A stretch of 64,000 nt of DNA, from the NCBI GenBank assembly GCA_051294375.1, contig CM119265.1, forward strand, positions 22,258,278-22,322,277, read 5' to 3'. How positions within the stretch are numbered: position 1 is the stretch's first letter; the number at the start of each line of letters is the position of its first letter. Positions 1 through 31,900 of this stretch are shown piece by piece. The notes beneath the pieces are model-generated. The model saw only the letters and a program-made list of their open reading frames with translations, had not been told where the DNA came from and ran no database searches. The position numbers were made by a program, and so were the translations under genes. Source of the stretch: Paraspadella gotoi (Eukaryota; Animalia; Chaetognatha).

Positions 1-2
1 TT

Positions 3-1625
3 ATGGACATTATTCAAGGCAGTGTCGGAGTATGTATCAGTCTTTATCTTATATCAATCACTGCCTCCAGGATTTCCTTGATCATGATTGTATTTATTCC
101 TTTTTTGTTATTGAGAGTCTTCACTTTAACCGATCTTAATCAATTATTTTGGAAATTTAAGAATTCTGACATACAAAATGTTATTCAACGTCGTTTCAAT
201 ATATCTTTACTATTATCCATTCCTCTTTACAGCCTCTTAATATTTTCGACTTGTTTTAATATCGAAAAACAAGTGAGATTGAATTTTAACCGACGATATG
301 ATCAGCATAATACTCGATTGAAAATATATTGGGGCCTCTCCCACCTTCGTAATAAGAACATTCCTCAGGTAGTTTTATTCGAAAGAGTTTGGAACTCGAC
401 GTCAGAGACGAATACATTAACTTGCCAAAAAATAAACAGTTTTTTTGGCAACGACAAATTTAAAATTTTTACTTTGGGACAACCTAAAGATTGTATAGAT
501 CCAAAGTATAAACGTTTTGGGCTCCTGATGAGAAGAGTCCCTTTCGGGTTAATAACCCTAGGAAATTACATCATTTTTTATCCTAATTATATATTTCTTA
601 TTTCACTAGTTTTGATAGATTTTTTGTTAGGGTCAGTTTTTATTATTTATTTTCTTATTAAACAGCGAACCTTTTTGAAGGAACTAATGGCACTAACAGC
701 TTTGATAGCTACTCTCTGCGTAATTTTGTTAAATCTACTGTTTTCAGTCACTGTGAACAAGGAATATATAAAATACAATGTTGAAAGCATGTTTAAGACG
801 GAGATGTACATGGTTGCAAAACTCATTTCAGGTTTTTCCCCAACGGTCTTTAGCACTTTTTTGGCAATTATGTTTGAGCGTCTTCTTTATCCGATGAACA
901 CAAAAAATCCATTACTATATTTGCTCAGCATTTTTTCGGCAATTTTGCCTATAGCGGTTTTTTTCTGGAAACCAGATGATTTTTCGAAAAGCTTTCCGAA
1001 AGAGTTTTTGGATTTTTGCGACTTTAATTTGAACGTTTCTAAGCCTGAAGCGATACAAATGTGGAAAACAATAACCATTAAAATGTTCGTGGTTATTTTC
1101 CAGAAAGAAAATTTTTTTCTTTATTTTTGCCTCTCATTTTTCCCATCCTTCGGGGCCATTACCGTTCTAATACCTAAATTGATAAAAAAGCATTACATTG
1201 TACAAATTGTTTCAAAAAGTTTTATCGTCTCACATGTTGCTTTATTTTTCGGCATTTACGTCATTATGGATTTCATACCGAAAATCAACGAAGTTAAAAC
1301 ATATTTGTCGGTCAGACACGGATTATTGGTAGGAAATACCTATTACCCAGTGTATCAGCCGCACTTCGATAGAGAGGAATTCAAATCGATCTATGGAGTC
1401 ACAAATATTTTGGATCGATGCCGAGAAAGTTTGATGATTCCGAAATCGGATCGATATCCGTGGTTACTTGGGTATCATATAAGAGCGGTGCGTCTCTTCG
1501 CGGCCCTGATCGAGCGAGCGACTAAAGACGAGGCAAATTTTTTATCGGTTTGGTATTGGGTTTTACCGGCGTCCGCTTTGCTGTNNNNNNNNNNCTGTTA
1601 TCGAGCATCAAAAAAAATGAGTTAA
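3..1625 (+). CDS. Orphan intronless multi-pass membrane protein (may be 5'-incomplete; C-terminus crosses an N gap)
   Basis: A 540-codon ORF in very AT-rich DNA is unlikely by chance. It has roughly 8-11 hydrophobic segments and no family motif I recognise. Confidence 0.65.
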   Translation: MDIIQGSVGVCISLYLISITASRISLIMIVFIPFLLLRVFTLTDLNQLFWKFKNSDIQNVIQRRFNISLLLSIPLYSLLIFSTCFNIEKQVRLNFNRRYDQHNTRLKIYWGLSHLRNKNIPQVVLFERVWNSTSETNTLTCQKINSFFGNDKFKIFTLGQPKDCIDPKYKRFGLLMRRVPFGLITLGNYIIFYPNYIFLISLVLIDFLLGSVFIIYFLIKQRTFLKELMALTALIATLCVILLNLLFSVTVNKEYIKYNVESMFKTEMYMVAKLISGFSPTVFSTFLAIMFERLLYPMNTKNPLLYLLSIFSAILPIAVFFWKPDDFSKSFPKEFLDFCDFNLNVSKPEAIQMWKTITIKMFVVIFQKENFFLYFCLSFFPSFGAITVLIPKLIKKHYIVQIVSKSFIVSHVALFFGIYVIMDFIPKINEVKTYLSVRHGLLVGNTYYPVYQPHFDREEFKSIYGVTNILDRCRESLMIPKSDRYPWLLGYHIRAVRLFAALIERATKDEANFLSVWYWVLPASALLXXXXCYRASKKMS

Positions 1626-2367
1626 ACAATGATATTTCTCACTGATCGTTCAACGTTCGTATATTTCCGTTTAATAGAGCATATGTTGTTAATTGATTTT
1701 ATGATATGATATTATAATTGATAACTACTAATCGTTTAAGGATTTTTGAAACGCTTTTTTATTGCCATTACTGGCTTTAAATTTTACTGATAATTCGGAG
1801 ATAAAAACCTCTTGTGACACATAAACTTATTCTAAATTTGTTTTCTAGTTAACTTGGTGAAATTTATTTGAATCTGAGATGCCTATTTAAACCCCTGCCA
1901 GTTGCTGTCGTTCCCTTTCTTATTCCTCGTACATCTCGTTTTTTAATTTTGTCGCGAATAAATTTAATCAAACTTTTTTTTAAAATTAAACTTAGGAAAA
2001 CCAAATTTGGCTTTTTCTTTGATAGTTTAAAATTTAAAAAAAAAGTAGACCCTTCGCTGATAACATTCGGCATTTGAAAAATAGCTCAGGAAAAAAAATG
2101 GCAACGCAATTGACGATTCTCAGTCTCCATCATCCCGGGGGAACGAAATCGAGGAGTTCCGCNNNNNNNNNNGATTCTCAGTCTCCTTCATCCCGGGGGA
2201 ACGCAATCGAGGAGTTCCGCGCGACATTCAATTCGGTGCTGCCGCATCCATCGCAGTCCTGTTTGAGTTAGAATTGAAGCAAGATACTATGTCTATTATC
2301 TACAGCAGCGGCAGCGGCGGCGAGGGCTGCGGTCGTAGGTAAACACGAAAATGTTCCGAGGGGACTG

Positions 2368-2381
2368 GTAGTCATGGCGAC
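2368..2381. promoter_or_regulatory. Candidate RFX X-box upstream of CFAP46
   Basis: GTAGTCATGGCGAC resembles the X-box consensus GTYNCYATRGNAAC and lies ~450-500 bp upstream of the first CFAP46 coding exon. Confidence 0.4.
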
Positions 2382-2810
2382 GAAGCAGACGCGGAGTTGG
2401 GATTTGAAGTTGAAAGAGCAAAAAATTCTGAAGTCTATCAGAAGAACACGAAGACGAATTGGATTTAGGACAACAACAACAACAACAAGACAAAAAAAAA
2501 GGAATCCTAAAAGTAAAACTGTTTTCGAAACAATTTTTTTTTTTTTAGTCATAGACAGAAACTAGGCAAATGAAAATCACGAGTAAATACTATCATTATG
2601 GTACCTAACATTTATACTAGGCCATTGCCTTTTTTTTAAAGTCATAGACAGAAACTTGTCAAACTTGTCAAAAACGATGACGCGACGCCATCTTCGTCGC
2701 GCCTCGAAAATCCGACTATTAGGTTGTGATCGTACATCTTAAAAGACAAAAATTAAAAAGATGTTCGACGACTACTAAATGAATAATAATAAAAACGACT
2801 CGTTAAAACA

Positions 2811-21592
<18,782 letters not shown>

Positions 21593-22002
21593 GGATGATT
21601 GAACTTTCTTTTTCAAAATGATCTCATTTAATTAGATTAATCATTGTAAATATATTATCTTTGTTTTGATTTAAATTGACTGAATTCATTGTCAATTTCA
21701 ATTTTTGTTCACGAAGCATTTTAGCTACTTAACTGCATAAATTTAATGTTCTAATCTTGTAATAAAACATTCTATTTAACCCACGCGACTGTCACAAGCT
21801 CTCTCTGAATCTGTTACACATTTCTTTTTCATTCTCAATCAGTATCACCGAATATTTATGTACCTAATAAAAAACGTGTTAAATTCAAAATAGAAATGTA
21901 TTGATAACCATAAAACAAAATGAACAAGAAAAACGAGCTAATCTACGTACAATGCTGGTTACAGACTAATAGTATCATGATACTACAATTCAGAACATCT
22001 AA

Positions 22003-25000
22003 TTATTGAATTGATACTTGTTTCTTCCCAAGAATACGCATCAGATTTTTCGACATGAAGTAAGGCTTTTCAGCCGACCCGTCATTTCGTTCCAAATCTT
22101 CCACTGAAAAAAATGGGGGGAAAAAAAATGTTCAAAATCTAGGACCAGGTGCGCATTTTAGATTAAATCGAGAATAAAAAAAAAAAAAATTACTCACAAA
22201 AACAGAGAAACAGCGTATCCACCGCCATTTCGTAAACTGAGAAAAATCCACTGGAGACGACGTATGAAGAGACGACGACGATCTGGGATAGGGGAAACGA
22301 AAAAACTGATATTATTTGATAATCTCATTAAGAAGAAGGAAATTGTCCCTCTTCGTTTGGATCACTTTGTTGGTATCACATGATGATCCGTTGATCTCAT
22401 TAGCGATTTTATTATTGTCGTGGTGGCGAAAATTAACAAAAATATTGCGAAATATATCAACAATTTTACAAATTATTTTTTAAAAAATTTTATTAAAATA
22501 AATGTAGTTAAAAATTGAATAAAATACCCCCAATAACTTCAAGCGCTGGCGAAAACTGACGTTAAACTCACATTTCAAGTTTTTAATCGAAAACGGGATT
22601 GAAATATTTTTTTGAGGTCGGAAGGGGATGAGGCGCGTATTTGGAGCGATTCTCGGGATTCCGAGATCGATACTCGATCGCCAATTCGAGGAGCGTCTTT
22701 TCGGGCGGCGGCGGCGCCAGGGTCGTAGTGGCGCTCTCTTCCATAGCGGCGTCGCTCGGTTGGCGTCGGGAAAAGCGAACGGAGTCTGGATCGAAAGCAG
22801 CGGCGCGCATTCCGGCGACGATGCTGTCGTTTCTGGCGTTGGGGTTCGTGAGCGGCGGAGATCGAGAATCGGATTCGAGTGAAATTCCTTCGTCGACGTC
22901 GTCGTCGTCTTCGAGACCGAGATTTACGTATTCGTCGCGGCGACTCATTCTCGGCCAACTTTTATATTCGATCGACGATCCGATCGAGATAATTGAAAGA
23001 TCAGAGTTTAATCGCGACGAGGATTTTGTTCTATGTTTACGAGTTTTATTATTAGTCGATATATCGCGTCAGGTATCACGGATCCCACGACCCCGAGAGA
23101 GAGAGAGAAAAACAAGTGGATAGGAGTGGATGTGAGGGCGAGAGCGGATGTCTTAGAAAATGATCCCTTCGAACTTTGGAGTTTGGATTTTTACTTTTCG
23201 CGAGGAATTTGGTCGAGAGTAGGACCTCTTCGACAAACACGAGATTTAAGAAGACGTTTCTTCAACATGAAAACTTCTCCTTCCTAATGAGAAATGGCAC
23301 GGAAAGAGTTTAGCTGGAACCGGTTTTTTTACTTAAGTTCTCGATGCGAACGCGATCTGTGGTCTTTGAGGACGTGGGGAGTCGTAGCTGAAGAATCAGT
23401 CTTTGTTTTTTTCTCAAATAAAAATTTCATACAAAAAACTTGAAGTCAAATGTGGTAATATTTTAAATCTCTTGAGAGGCAGAAAAGCACGAGGGTCTGT
23501 TCATGAGACATAAGAGAAGAAATCCCAGATCACGCAATTTATATGCCCCATTGAGCCATTCCCTTTTTGAGTTCGGTGGGTAAGTTTCTCTCTTCTCGCT
23601 TTTAATTGGTTGTTAGTAGGCCATGGGTTAGGTTCATTCTTCTCTTATTCTGCTGCCGTCCTGCTGCTGCTTGGGCTGAAGACGTTGGTCAGGTTCGACC
23701 GAGCTGCTGCGCCGAGGGCTTCTTCACTCTACTGAGATGTTATTTAAAATTTCAGTAAATAATCGAATTCATTATATCTGTGTGTATCGTCTCTATTAAA
23801 CACTCTGAGTGGGAGAGAAATATTTTTCTTCCAGATTAAAAAAAAAATTGATCTGAATTGGCGTGGTTTCAAAGATTTTCGTAATGGCCCGGAGTCGACG
23901 CCGACGATTTTACTAGAGTGAATTTAAGAAGTGATTTAACACAACACAAGATTTTTCATCGCGCACTAATTTAATTTGTTTTTTAAATTTATATTAGGGA
24001 GGACTTCGAACTTTGTGGTGGTTTTTCTTCCCGAGTCGACGAGGGAGAATGGCTAAATCGTATTGACCGACTTTTTTAATTGAACCAAAAGGGTTTACGA
24101 AGGTGCTGCGTGAACTCGCCACACACACAAACAGTCTTCTTCGCCTTTCATCCTTTTTGCCTTTTTGGTCCACGATAAAAGGCCGATATCCTCAAAAGAT
24201 AATCAATCCGAAATTAGGCCCCAGAAGCGACTGTTTATAATTATATACACATTTCAGTCCTCTTTAAATTTAATTAATTTCATAAAATATACTGCGTATT
24301 CAAGAAGAATTTTATTTAAAAAAAAGTCTAATGAACAGAAAAAATATGCTTCCAGAGGCCCACGAATACTTTATAAAATTGTAAAAATTTTAGATAGGGA
24401 ACTTGAGAAAGAAACCACCCCTTGACTTTTTCCCTGATGTTTTTACGCAAAAAAAGAAAAAAAAAAACATAGCACAAAATTTCGATAGTTTTAAAACTTT
24501 TGAATGTCATATTTCGACGATGTATCCGAGCTTACCGTCACAGGAACGTAGATGTAATTAACATCATAGTTAAAGCTGTCTGGAATGATCGAATCGAATT
24601 TTCCACTGTAATAATAAAACGACAATAGTCCTGAAAATGAAGATTCAGGAATTTAAAAAAAAAACATATCCACTAAATATTTATTTTTTTCTGCAAAACT
24701 CTTACCCATTCCGCCAACGACCGTGACTTTTCCGATGAACAGTAGGAAGTCCACAACTTTGTCAAGAACCATAGCCCTTGATATTTAAAACAAAAAAATG
24801 TAAAATTAAAAATATTATATAAAATTTATTTAAAAAAAAGATGGGGGTGCAGATTAAAAAAGAAAATTTTCCCTCCAGACTGGCGCCAGGTTTATAATAT
24901 TGAAACAAGGCATCGTGATCAAGAAAAATCTTAGCTTTACCTGACGCAGTTTTCTAACAACAATAAAAAGGCTCTGCGCGCCGAGGCGCAGAAATGGCGT

Positions 25001-28000
25001 CCATTTACGGCGCACTAAGACGTGAGAACAAAGTAAAAAAGTAAAAGGCAGTGATGGGACATAGGAAAATACCTCAAGCTATTTCGAACGAGCAACCAAA
25101 AAGATTCTTTGCAGGACAAACAAAACGACTTTCCATAAATTGCGCACTTTTAGGGGAAAAAAAATGAACTCTTTGATAGAAAAAATAGATAATAATCTAT
25201 GAAAATACACTGATTTAGGCAATATAAACTCACCATTATATAGGCGTTGCGATTAATATATTTAAGAAATTTTTCCAAACACCAAAAAAAACATTTGAGA
25301 CATTTCATTATAAATTTCGCGACCTGGGAAATGTCATATTTGTTATTCAATCCAAAATGGTGAAAACCATTACATTAGTTGCCATAAATTTAGTCATTGT
25401 AAAAGCACCTCGTTTTCTTGATGTTTCTTTAATTTTCGATCCACATATTCCAAACAAGCACGAATAAACTGAGTGATAGCGATGATTATCGAACCAAACG
25501 CCAATGTTCCAATATGAAATCTTAACGTGGCAAAAATAAAAACAAAATACCATTTAAGCATGCAAACGAATGCTATCTGAACATTAAGAAAACTCATAAT
25601 CAACTCCGCTAAACCTAATGCATCTCCAAAACGAGGCGATGACCGGAAGGGCGGGTAAATCTTTAGTTTTGTCAAAAGTCCAATACCACGAGGCGAAGGC
25701 CCCCGCGAGAGTCATTTCGCCTAAAGTAAAACGATATCTTTAGGCAATGTAGCCTTGATGTGAAATTGTAATTCACGTTCAGAAATTTACCTAATGCGAT
25801 GATGAAATTCATGAACCATAAAAGTCCGAAAAATAGATAAACTTTGGCCCATGTGATGGCGTTTGAAACGCTTCTGTCAAGGAAAAAAATGAGGCGAAAT
25901 GTTTGACTATGTAAATATGCCATCGTCTCGACATACGAGATGTGGCTGTACAGCGGATCCTTGGGATCTGGCCCGTCGTGCGAGTAGTGACAAACAGCGC
26001 CGGTGTCCTTGAAGACCCGTTCGAAGTCGTCGGGATCGCAGACGCTTCCTTCGGCAACAGTCTTGTTAGGAAGACCGTTGAGTGCGGCCGCCTCCGTCGC
26101 CGCCGTAGATGAATTCGAAACTTGAGACAAAAATCAATTCGTGAAGTGAAGACGGGAAGGCAGCCTTTTTGCTTTATCATGAAAAATGCTTAATTGAGAC
26201 AAATCCTCCCCCCATCCCCGGAAGATTTCATCGCCGACTTACCGACGAAAATTGGCTTAGTGGACGTTACGAGGAATAACATGGTGGCGATCCAGCCGAC
26301 TAACAACCCCATCTGAAAAGCGAAAGGAATGATGGGGAAAACGAGCGAGGAAAGAATGGAGCCAACAGCCTTGGAAGATTCCTTGATCAGTTCTATCGCG
26401 ATCTGGCCAAAGAGATTTGGAGAAGCATCAGTGGAAGATTCCGTCGGGAACGTCTTCATAGTAAGTCTATTACCTTGATTCTTTTGCGTAGGAAAATGAG
26501 AGTCATGAGGACAACGAAGAGGAGAATCGCGGAGATGATAGACAAGGCCAGCCACGTCTTGCGGTTTGTCTTCATGTACTACAAGAAATAAAAGAGAAAT
26601 CGAAGAGATAATACATTTTAATACACGGGGCTGTTAGCCATAAAAATTGGGCCACATTAGTGTAATTTGGCAATTGGTAATTCCTTCACCTCAAAATCCG
26701 TGGAAATAATTAGCTTTTTCTCCTCCAAAGATTTGTCCCGCAAATACTTATCTAGGCAGTAATAAGTTCCTGCGGTACAAGACAATCAGACAATCAACTT
26801 GCTCCAGTGGAGAGACCAAGCAAATAATCAGCTCTCACCGAATCCGAAAACTCCTAGAAAGGCCAAGAGCGAGAACCAAATCATTGGCGCCGCGATCCAT
26901 CTCATGAGCACGATCCAAATAAGCGAGACGACGCAGGCTGGCAAATGTTAAGACGTCGAGAGGATAACACGCGTTATTAATCTTTCATGCGCTCAAAAAA
27001 ACTCACCAATAAGTAATAGGAGCACCAAAAAAATCCAGGTAGCGCTGAAGTCGGATATCAGGCGATCCATGGTTCCGTGAATGTTGACGACGTCCGTAAA
27101 AAAACTGGGATTATAAAGGAATTCACTACACCATAAGCCATAAGGGATTGAGCAAAGAGCATTTTTAAAACACCACACGCCTTCTCAGTGCTTTGTGGAG
27201 CCCGGACGTGGTAGTTGTCTCGTTGATGGCGTCGTCCTCGCTCCCGCGAATCCCCGCCTTCACCATCTCGCGCACGAAGCGCAAAACGTCTTCGGAATTT
27301 CCGTCTCCCGGAAGGCAGCGTTTGAGCAAAGGCGCGCTCGCTACGACATAGGCAGCGCATCGCTCTAAGGTTTTATTTGAGGATATTTTAAGTCAATTTC
27401 GGGCCTTTGGTGCAGTCTTGAATTTTGACTCTAAGAGGTGCATTACTGTGTTCTACGAGCTGTTTAAAAACTGCTTCGTCACGCCGTTGTGTCCAAGTGA
27501 CATCGTAATCGCAGGGCCAGGTAAGTCGGTTTTGCTCACTCGTTCTAGTGTAATATAGGTTTTCGTCAGGACACGATTCCACACAAATCTGACATACAAG
27601 ATTCGTCTCAAAAGTGTTTATAAGATTATCATTATCATTAGATTAGTATTTTTTTACGACACCTGTTTTGTTGGACAAGACAAGTCCGGCAATGATTTGA
27701 TGCTCTTCAGCGGATTTCTCAACCTAAAATGTTTTCATTTTAAAGAAAGTTTCATTCTACATTGTTATGATTTTATTACCTATATATGAAGCACTCGGAC
27801 AAGTCAAAGAAGAAAAGGTTGGGTCTTTCCTGGAAGTCGTGCTGCTTTCCGCGGAAGGTGGCGTTTATGCCGCATCGATTGCCGCTCGAGTCCGTCGGAA
27901 AGATCAGTAATTTAGGATTCCCGTTAGTATACGCTATGAGTATATTTAAAATATTTTCATACAATATTAAAAATTTGTTATTCCAGTAGGGCGTTCGTGA

Positions 28001-28346
28001 TAGCAAGAAATTAACTGACCAAAGATCGCGATGACGCAGTAACCAACTATGAAAATAAAGAAGAGAATCAAGCAACCAATGTCCGTACACGATCTGACAA
28101 ACGGAAACCGTAGTAATTAACTGATGTCAAACATTAGAGTAAAAAAATTACTATTCAGTAATCCACCTTTGTTTTGTGAGGCCATACGGCGGTTTACTTC
28201 TCAAATCTGAGAATGTAAATTTTTATTAAGAAATGAAGAAGTTTAAAACAATTTTAATCCCTCTATCTCCCTCTCTATAAAAGTTAATACTTACTCTGTT
28301 CTCTGTCTTTGGATACAGGATTTTCTATCCGATTTTCGTCGGACAT
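22003..28346 (-). CDS. Choline transporter-like protein (SLC44/CTL family, CTL2/4/5-like), multi-exon
   Basis: Motifs RSCTDIG, PTDSSGNRCG, PNLFFFDL, IAIELIKESSKAV, EMTLAGAFASWYW, RFHIGTLAFGS, CLKCFFWCLEKFLKYINRNAYIM, VYEMAVDTLFLCF, EDLERNDGSAEKPYFMS. The specific paralogue cannot be assigned. Confidence 0.95.
22583..22948 (-). CDS. Nested 121-aa acidic/Pro-rich ORF inside an SLC44 intron (same strand)
   Basis: GC-rich island with coding-like composition in the 2.2-kb intron 22284-24534. TATAAAAG lies just upstream of the ATG and a GTGAGT donor lies just after the stop. No known family. Confidence 0.4.
   Translation of the reverse strand: MSRRDEYVNLGLEDDDDVDEGISLESDSRSPPLTNPNARNDSIVAGMRAAAFDPDSVRFSRRQPSDAAMEESATTTLAPPPPEKTLLELAIEYRSRNPENRSKYAPHPLPTSKKYFNPVFD
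24941..25146 (-). other. Pair of duplicated, mutually exclusive 74-nt SLC44 exons (25073-25146 and 24941-25014)
   Basis: They encode CAIYGKSFCLSCKESFWLLVRNSLR and CAVNGRHFCASARRAFLLLLENCVR. Length and phases (0-2) are identical, each has AG/GT ends, and they are 58 nt apart. Confidence 0.9.
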
Positions 28347-28904
28347 TGTATCTGGTTGAACTGGGTTTTTTTGTTTTGTTTTATTCCAGTTGAATTATTT
28401 AATTTTTTTCTTGAAAGGGAGAAGTGACAATCTATATCTGAAAAATATAAAATTCTGGAATGAGAGATAAAGCTTTTTTTTTTCTCTGAGAGATAAAACT
28501 GTCTTCTGCAGCAAATGGGCATTGCAACTTTTGACTCTTGGCACAAATCCAATTTGTTTATTAGGACCGACTGGGAGTATAAAAACTAGAGGAAGTGATG
28601 TAAAACTTATTTGACTTTGATTGTCAACTTTGTCTACTTTGAATATGCTTTTTAATATTATAACTAATCAATGTATTAATGGCATAGTCTATAGAAAATT
28701 ACGAATTTTTATCTACGAAAATTTGTTCCTTTTTTAGTTATATTTTTCAAGTGCCCTCTATTGCATTCAGAATAAATAGTCAAAAGAGCAGCGGATTAGT
28801 TTTTCATACTTTTTGATTTTGTCTAAAGTTTTGAGCTATAAGTTTTGAGCTTTAAGAAATCCTTATAGCGAGCTTCGTCACGGAATGTCAGCATCCGCCT
28901 TAAA

Positions 28905-31900
28905 ATGAATAAAGTCCAAGGTGCTTTCCAGTTGAGGAAGAAACTAAAAGCGTTAGAATTAGCCAAGCTTAATGCAGAACGTGCCCGGTTGGGACTTCCA
29001 CCTAAGCGTCCATGGTGAATAACTCAAATTTCAATTAACAGTTAAATCTTATTTAATTTAACCTTTACCGTGACATTATGTTTAAGCTGCGAAGATTTAT
29101 GTATTAACTGCTCATCATGGGCTCGGGACTTTTGTTTGGAAGCTTGCTTTCCATGCTGCTTTGCTTCTTCTAGACAAAAGTCTAAATATTGGAAACAACA
29201 ACTCGTCTATCAGGTTTTCCGACTAATTCGTATTTCATTTGATATTTGATATTATTGTTATAAACGAAAAAAAATTTTCTTCAGAAAAGTCCTTTCCGAC
29301 GGTTGTTTATTCGTGGTACTTACGAAAACGAGGTTGCACTAGTAATAAATACCTAGTAATAAAAAATACGGATCTTTAAATTTTGTAATACAGGTTTTGG
29401 GAAACGTTTTTGGATTTTTATTTGGCTTATTTCTTACAATTGTTTCTTACTTTGTCATGGTTTTTGTCAGTGGTTACAACGGAAAAATAGCAATGTCCTT
29501 TGCAATAGCAGTTGGTGAAAAACTTGGGCTTGGTGAAAACTAATATAACTAGATAGTAGATAATGATTATGATATTTCGTATAGGTAGCGTCCTGTCTTT
29601 GGGATTGGCGTTTTCCAGTCATATACGTTGCATAGTTTTTCTCATTATTCCGCAAATATTTAGCAAACAAGGTCGTTATTACGTCATGTTTTATACAATG
29701 ATCCTTATTCTTCAAGGTAAAACCAATTCGAAGCCTAAATTTTCCGTAGTATGGTATAGATAATTATAATACTATATTATAGTATAGATAATTATAATAC
29801 TATAATATTATAAAGTATTGCATTAATTAAGTTATTAATTAAGTATATAATGTAACACATTTCGTTTGCCCGTTCGCGACTGTACTGTAGTTGCGAAGTA
29901 AATTTTTCAAAGGACCCGCGGACAACGCAACGAGAAACTTAGAAATTATTAGCGAAACAATGACATGTCTCCAAGAAACAATTTACAAGGAAGCTTTGGA
30001 GGGTCTCGAGAATATGGAGAGTCCTTTGGGTAGAATTCTCTACCCAATCTACAAACTAGTTGAACACCTCAAATCCATTGTGCATCACATTAAGTCTGCT
30101 TTTAAAGCTGTTAAGGCCGTGTTTAAAGGTATTTAAGTTTTATAAGTGATTATCATTTCTGTGGAAGACAAACAAATTGCTTGATTTGATCTCATTCAAA
30201 AATTTAATTCAGGCATTTTAACGACCTTTAAGTCAATTGGAAAGTTCTTAAAAAATATTGTGTTCACGTGTGACGCTGAAATGAAGAAACCGTTTCGAAA
30301 TTGCATATCGAGTGTGAAGGCCGTAAGTTCTGATCTAATTTTCAGAAAGTGATTATATATGGTAAAAATTGTATATTGAAATAATTACAGGCGATCACCG
30401 ATTGCAAAAAGAAAGGCTTCGGCTCCGTTTGTGACGTATCTCATGTTGCTTCTGGTTTTTGTCACGTCACCCGGTTGAGCTTTCTGCTATTTTTTCAAGT
30501 TTATTTATTTATTTATTCATTCATTTTATCTAATAATCAATTCAAACAGGGTCGGAGAGTTTTTTTGTAAGATGTTAAAAACTGTAAAACAATTTTTCAA
30601 ACGCCACATTGGGGATAAACTGACCAAGGCAATTAATGCCATCAAGGTATGAAAGGAGCCAGGCTCCATCTTACTTCAGATAAAGATATTCAATTCTTTT
30701 ACCAGCATCAATTTCGAGTTGGTGTGTCATTCAACCGACACTTCAACAACACATTAGTCGCGAAAACAAGTTTTCACGAAATTTGGATCAGAATAAAAAA
30801 AGACATTGAGGAAAGGTGAGTTAATTAATGTAAAGGTCCAATATTTTTCCTTATCTTCATACTTGCGGATAGGGCTCATTGGATCACCCAGTTAGCCTCG
30901 ATTACCCAATACGCCAGCATCATTGGAATAGTTTACATCGTAATTAAGGTGAAGATTTCTAAATGTGTAATTCATCCGGTTGACGCATTACAATTGATGG
31001 TCGAAAATAAAAAAAAAGGCCTTGGTTTACCGCAAGTTGTATCTCGTAAAGGACAATTGGGACAATCACTACATCACCTCCGACTTTCGAGAGATCGACG
31101 AAAGACGCGAAGAGATGGAACTGGAAACTCTCCTTCCTCTTCACACGTGAAACGCGGGACATTACAGCGATCTGGTCCTTAACTCTAACGTTACGTCTTC
31201 TTTCAGGAAAGAATCCTTTCGCTACATAAGGTCGGCGTCACCTCGGATGACGAGACGCGAACGCCGGATCCTCGGCGAAGGACTTCTCGCCGTCGGCGCT
31301 GCCTTGACTCAAGGCCTCTACTACATGTGTCTCGATTGGGGAACCTTTTACTCTGTGCAAATGTTCAGGTTTTGCTCCTCCTCTCTCCTTTTTTTCATCG
31401 ATTACCTATTAAGAAAAGAAGAAACATTAAAAAATACAGGGATAAAGCGGTGGTGAACATGGATGACTTCGTGGACGACGACGTTGTCACCAAAGTCGCC
31501 GGTTTGTCACCACAGACACAATTATTGGTTGTCCGATCATAGCTCTCAAAACTAATTTATTAGCGTCTGTCAGGTCATGGAATAATGGCCAGCGTATTTC
31601 GGAGCATTTTACAAGCCTTTGATCCCATCAAAGAAGAGCTTAAACGCGTCGATATCGATAAGTACATAATTGATTGTCATTCTGCATCATTTTAAAGAGT
31701 TATTAATGCAAGGTGTTGATTCTATTAGGTGTTAATTCTATTGTTAACGCCATAGTTGGTTGAGTTTTTATTTTTATTTTTCTTTCTTGTAACATCCTTT
31801 CTGTTAAGGCTTACTATTTTCTATTTTGATTTTTTTAATAATTTTTTTCGTAGGTGCCTGCCAACACCCTCGCATCCAGATCTTGAAGTTTACAAAAGAA

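Noticed and set aside
2114-2220. ~49-bp direct repeat flanking an N gap
   Set aside because: Near-identical copies on both sides of a scaffold gap are typical of an unmerged allelic contig overlap.
23128-23141. GGATGTGAGGGCGA, resembling the vertebrate 7SK 5' end
   Set aside because: No following GATC stem or 3' complement; a chance match.
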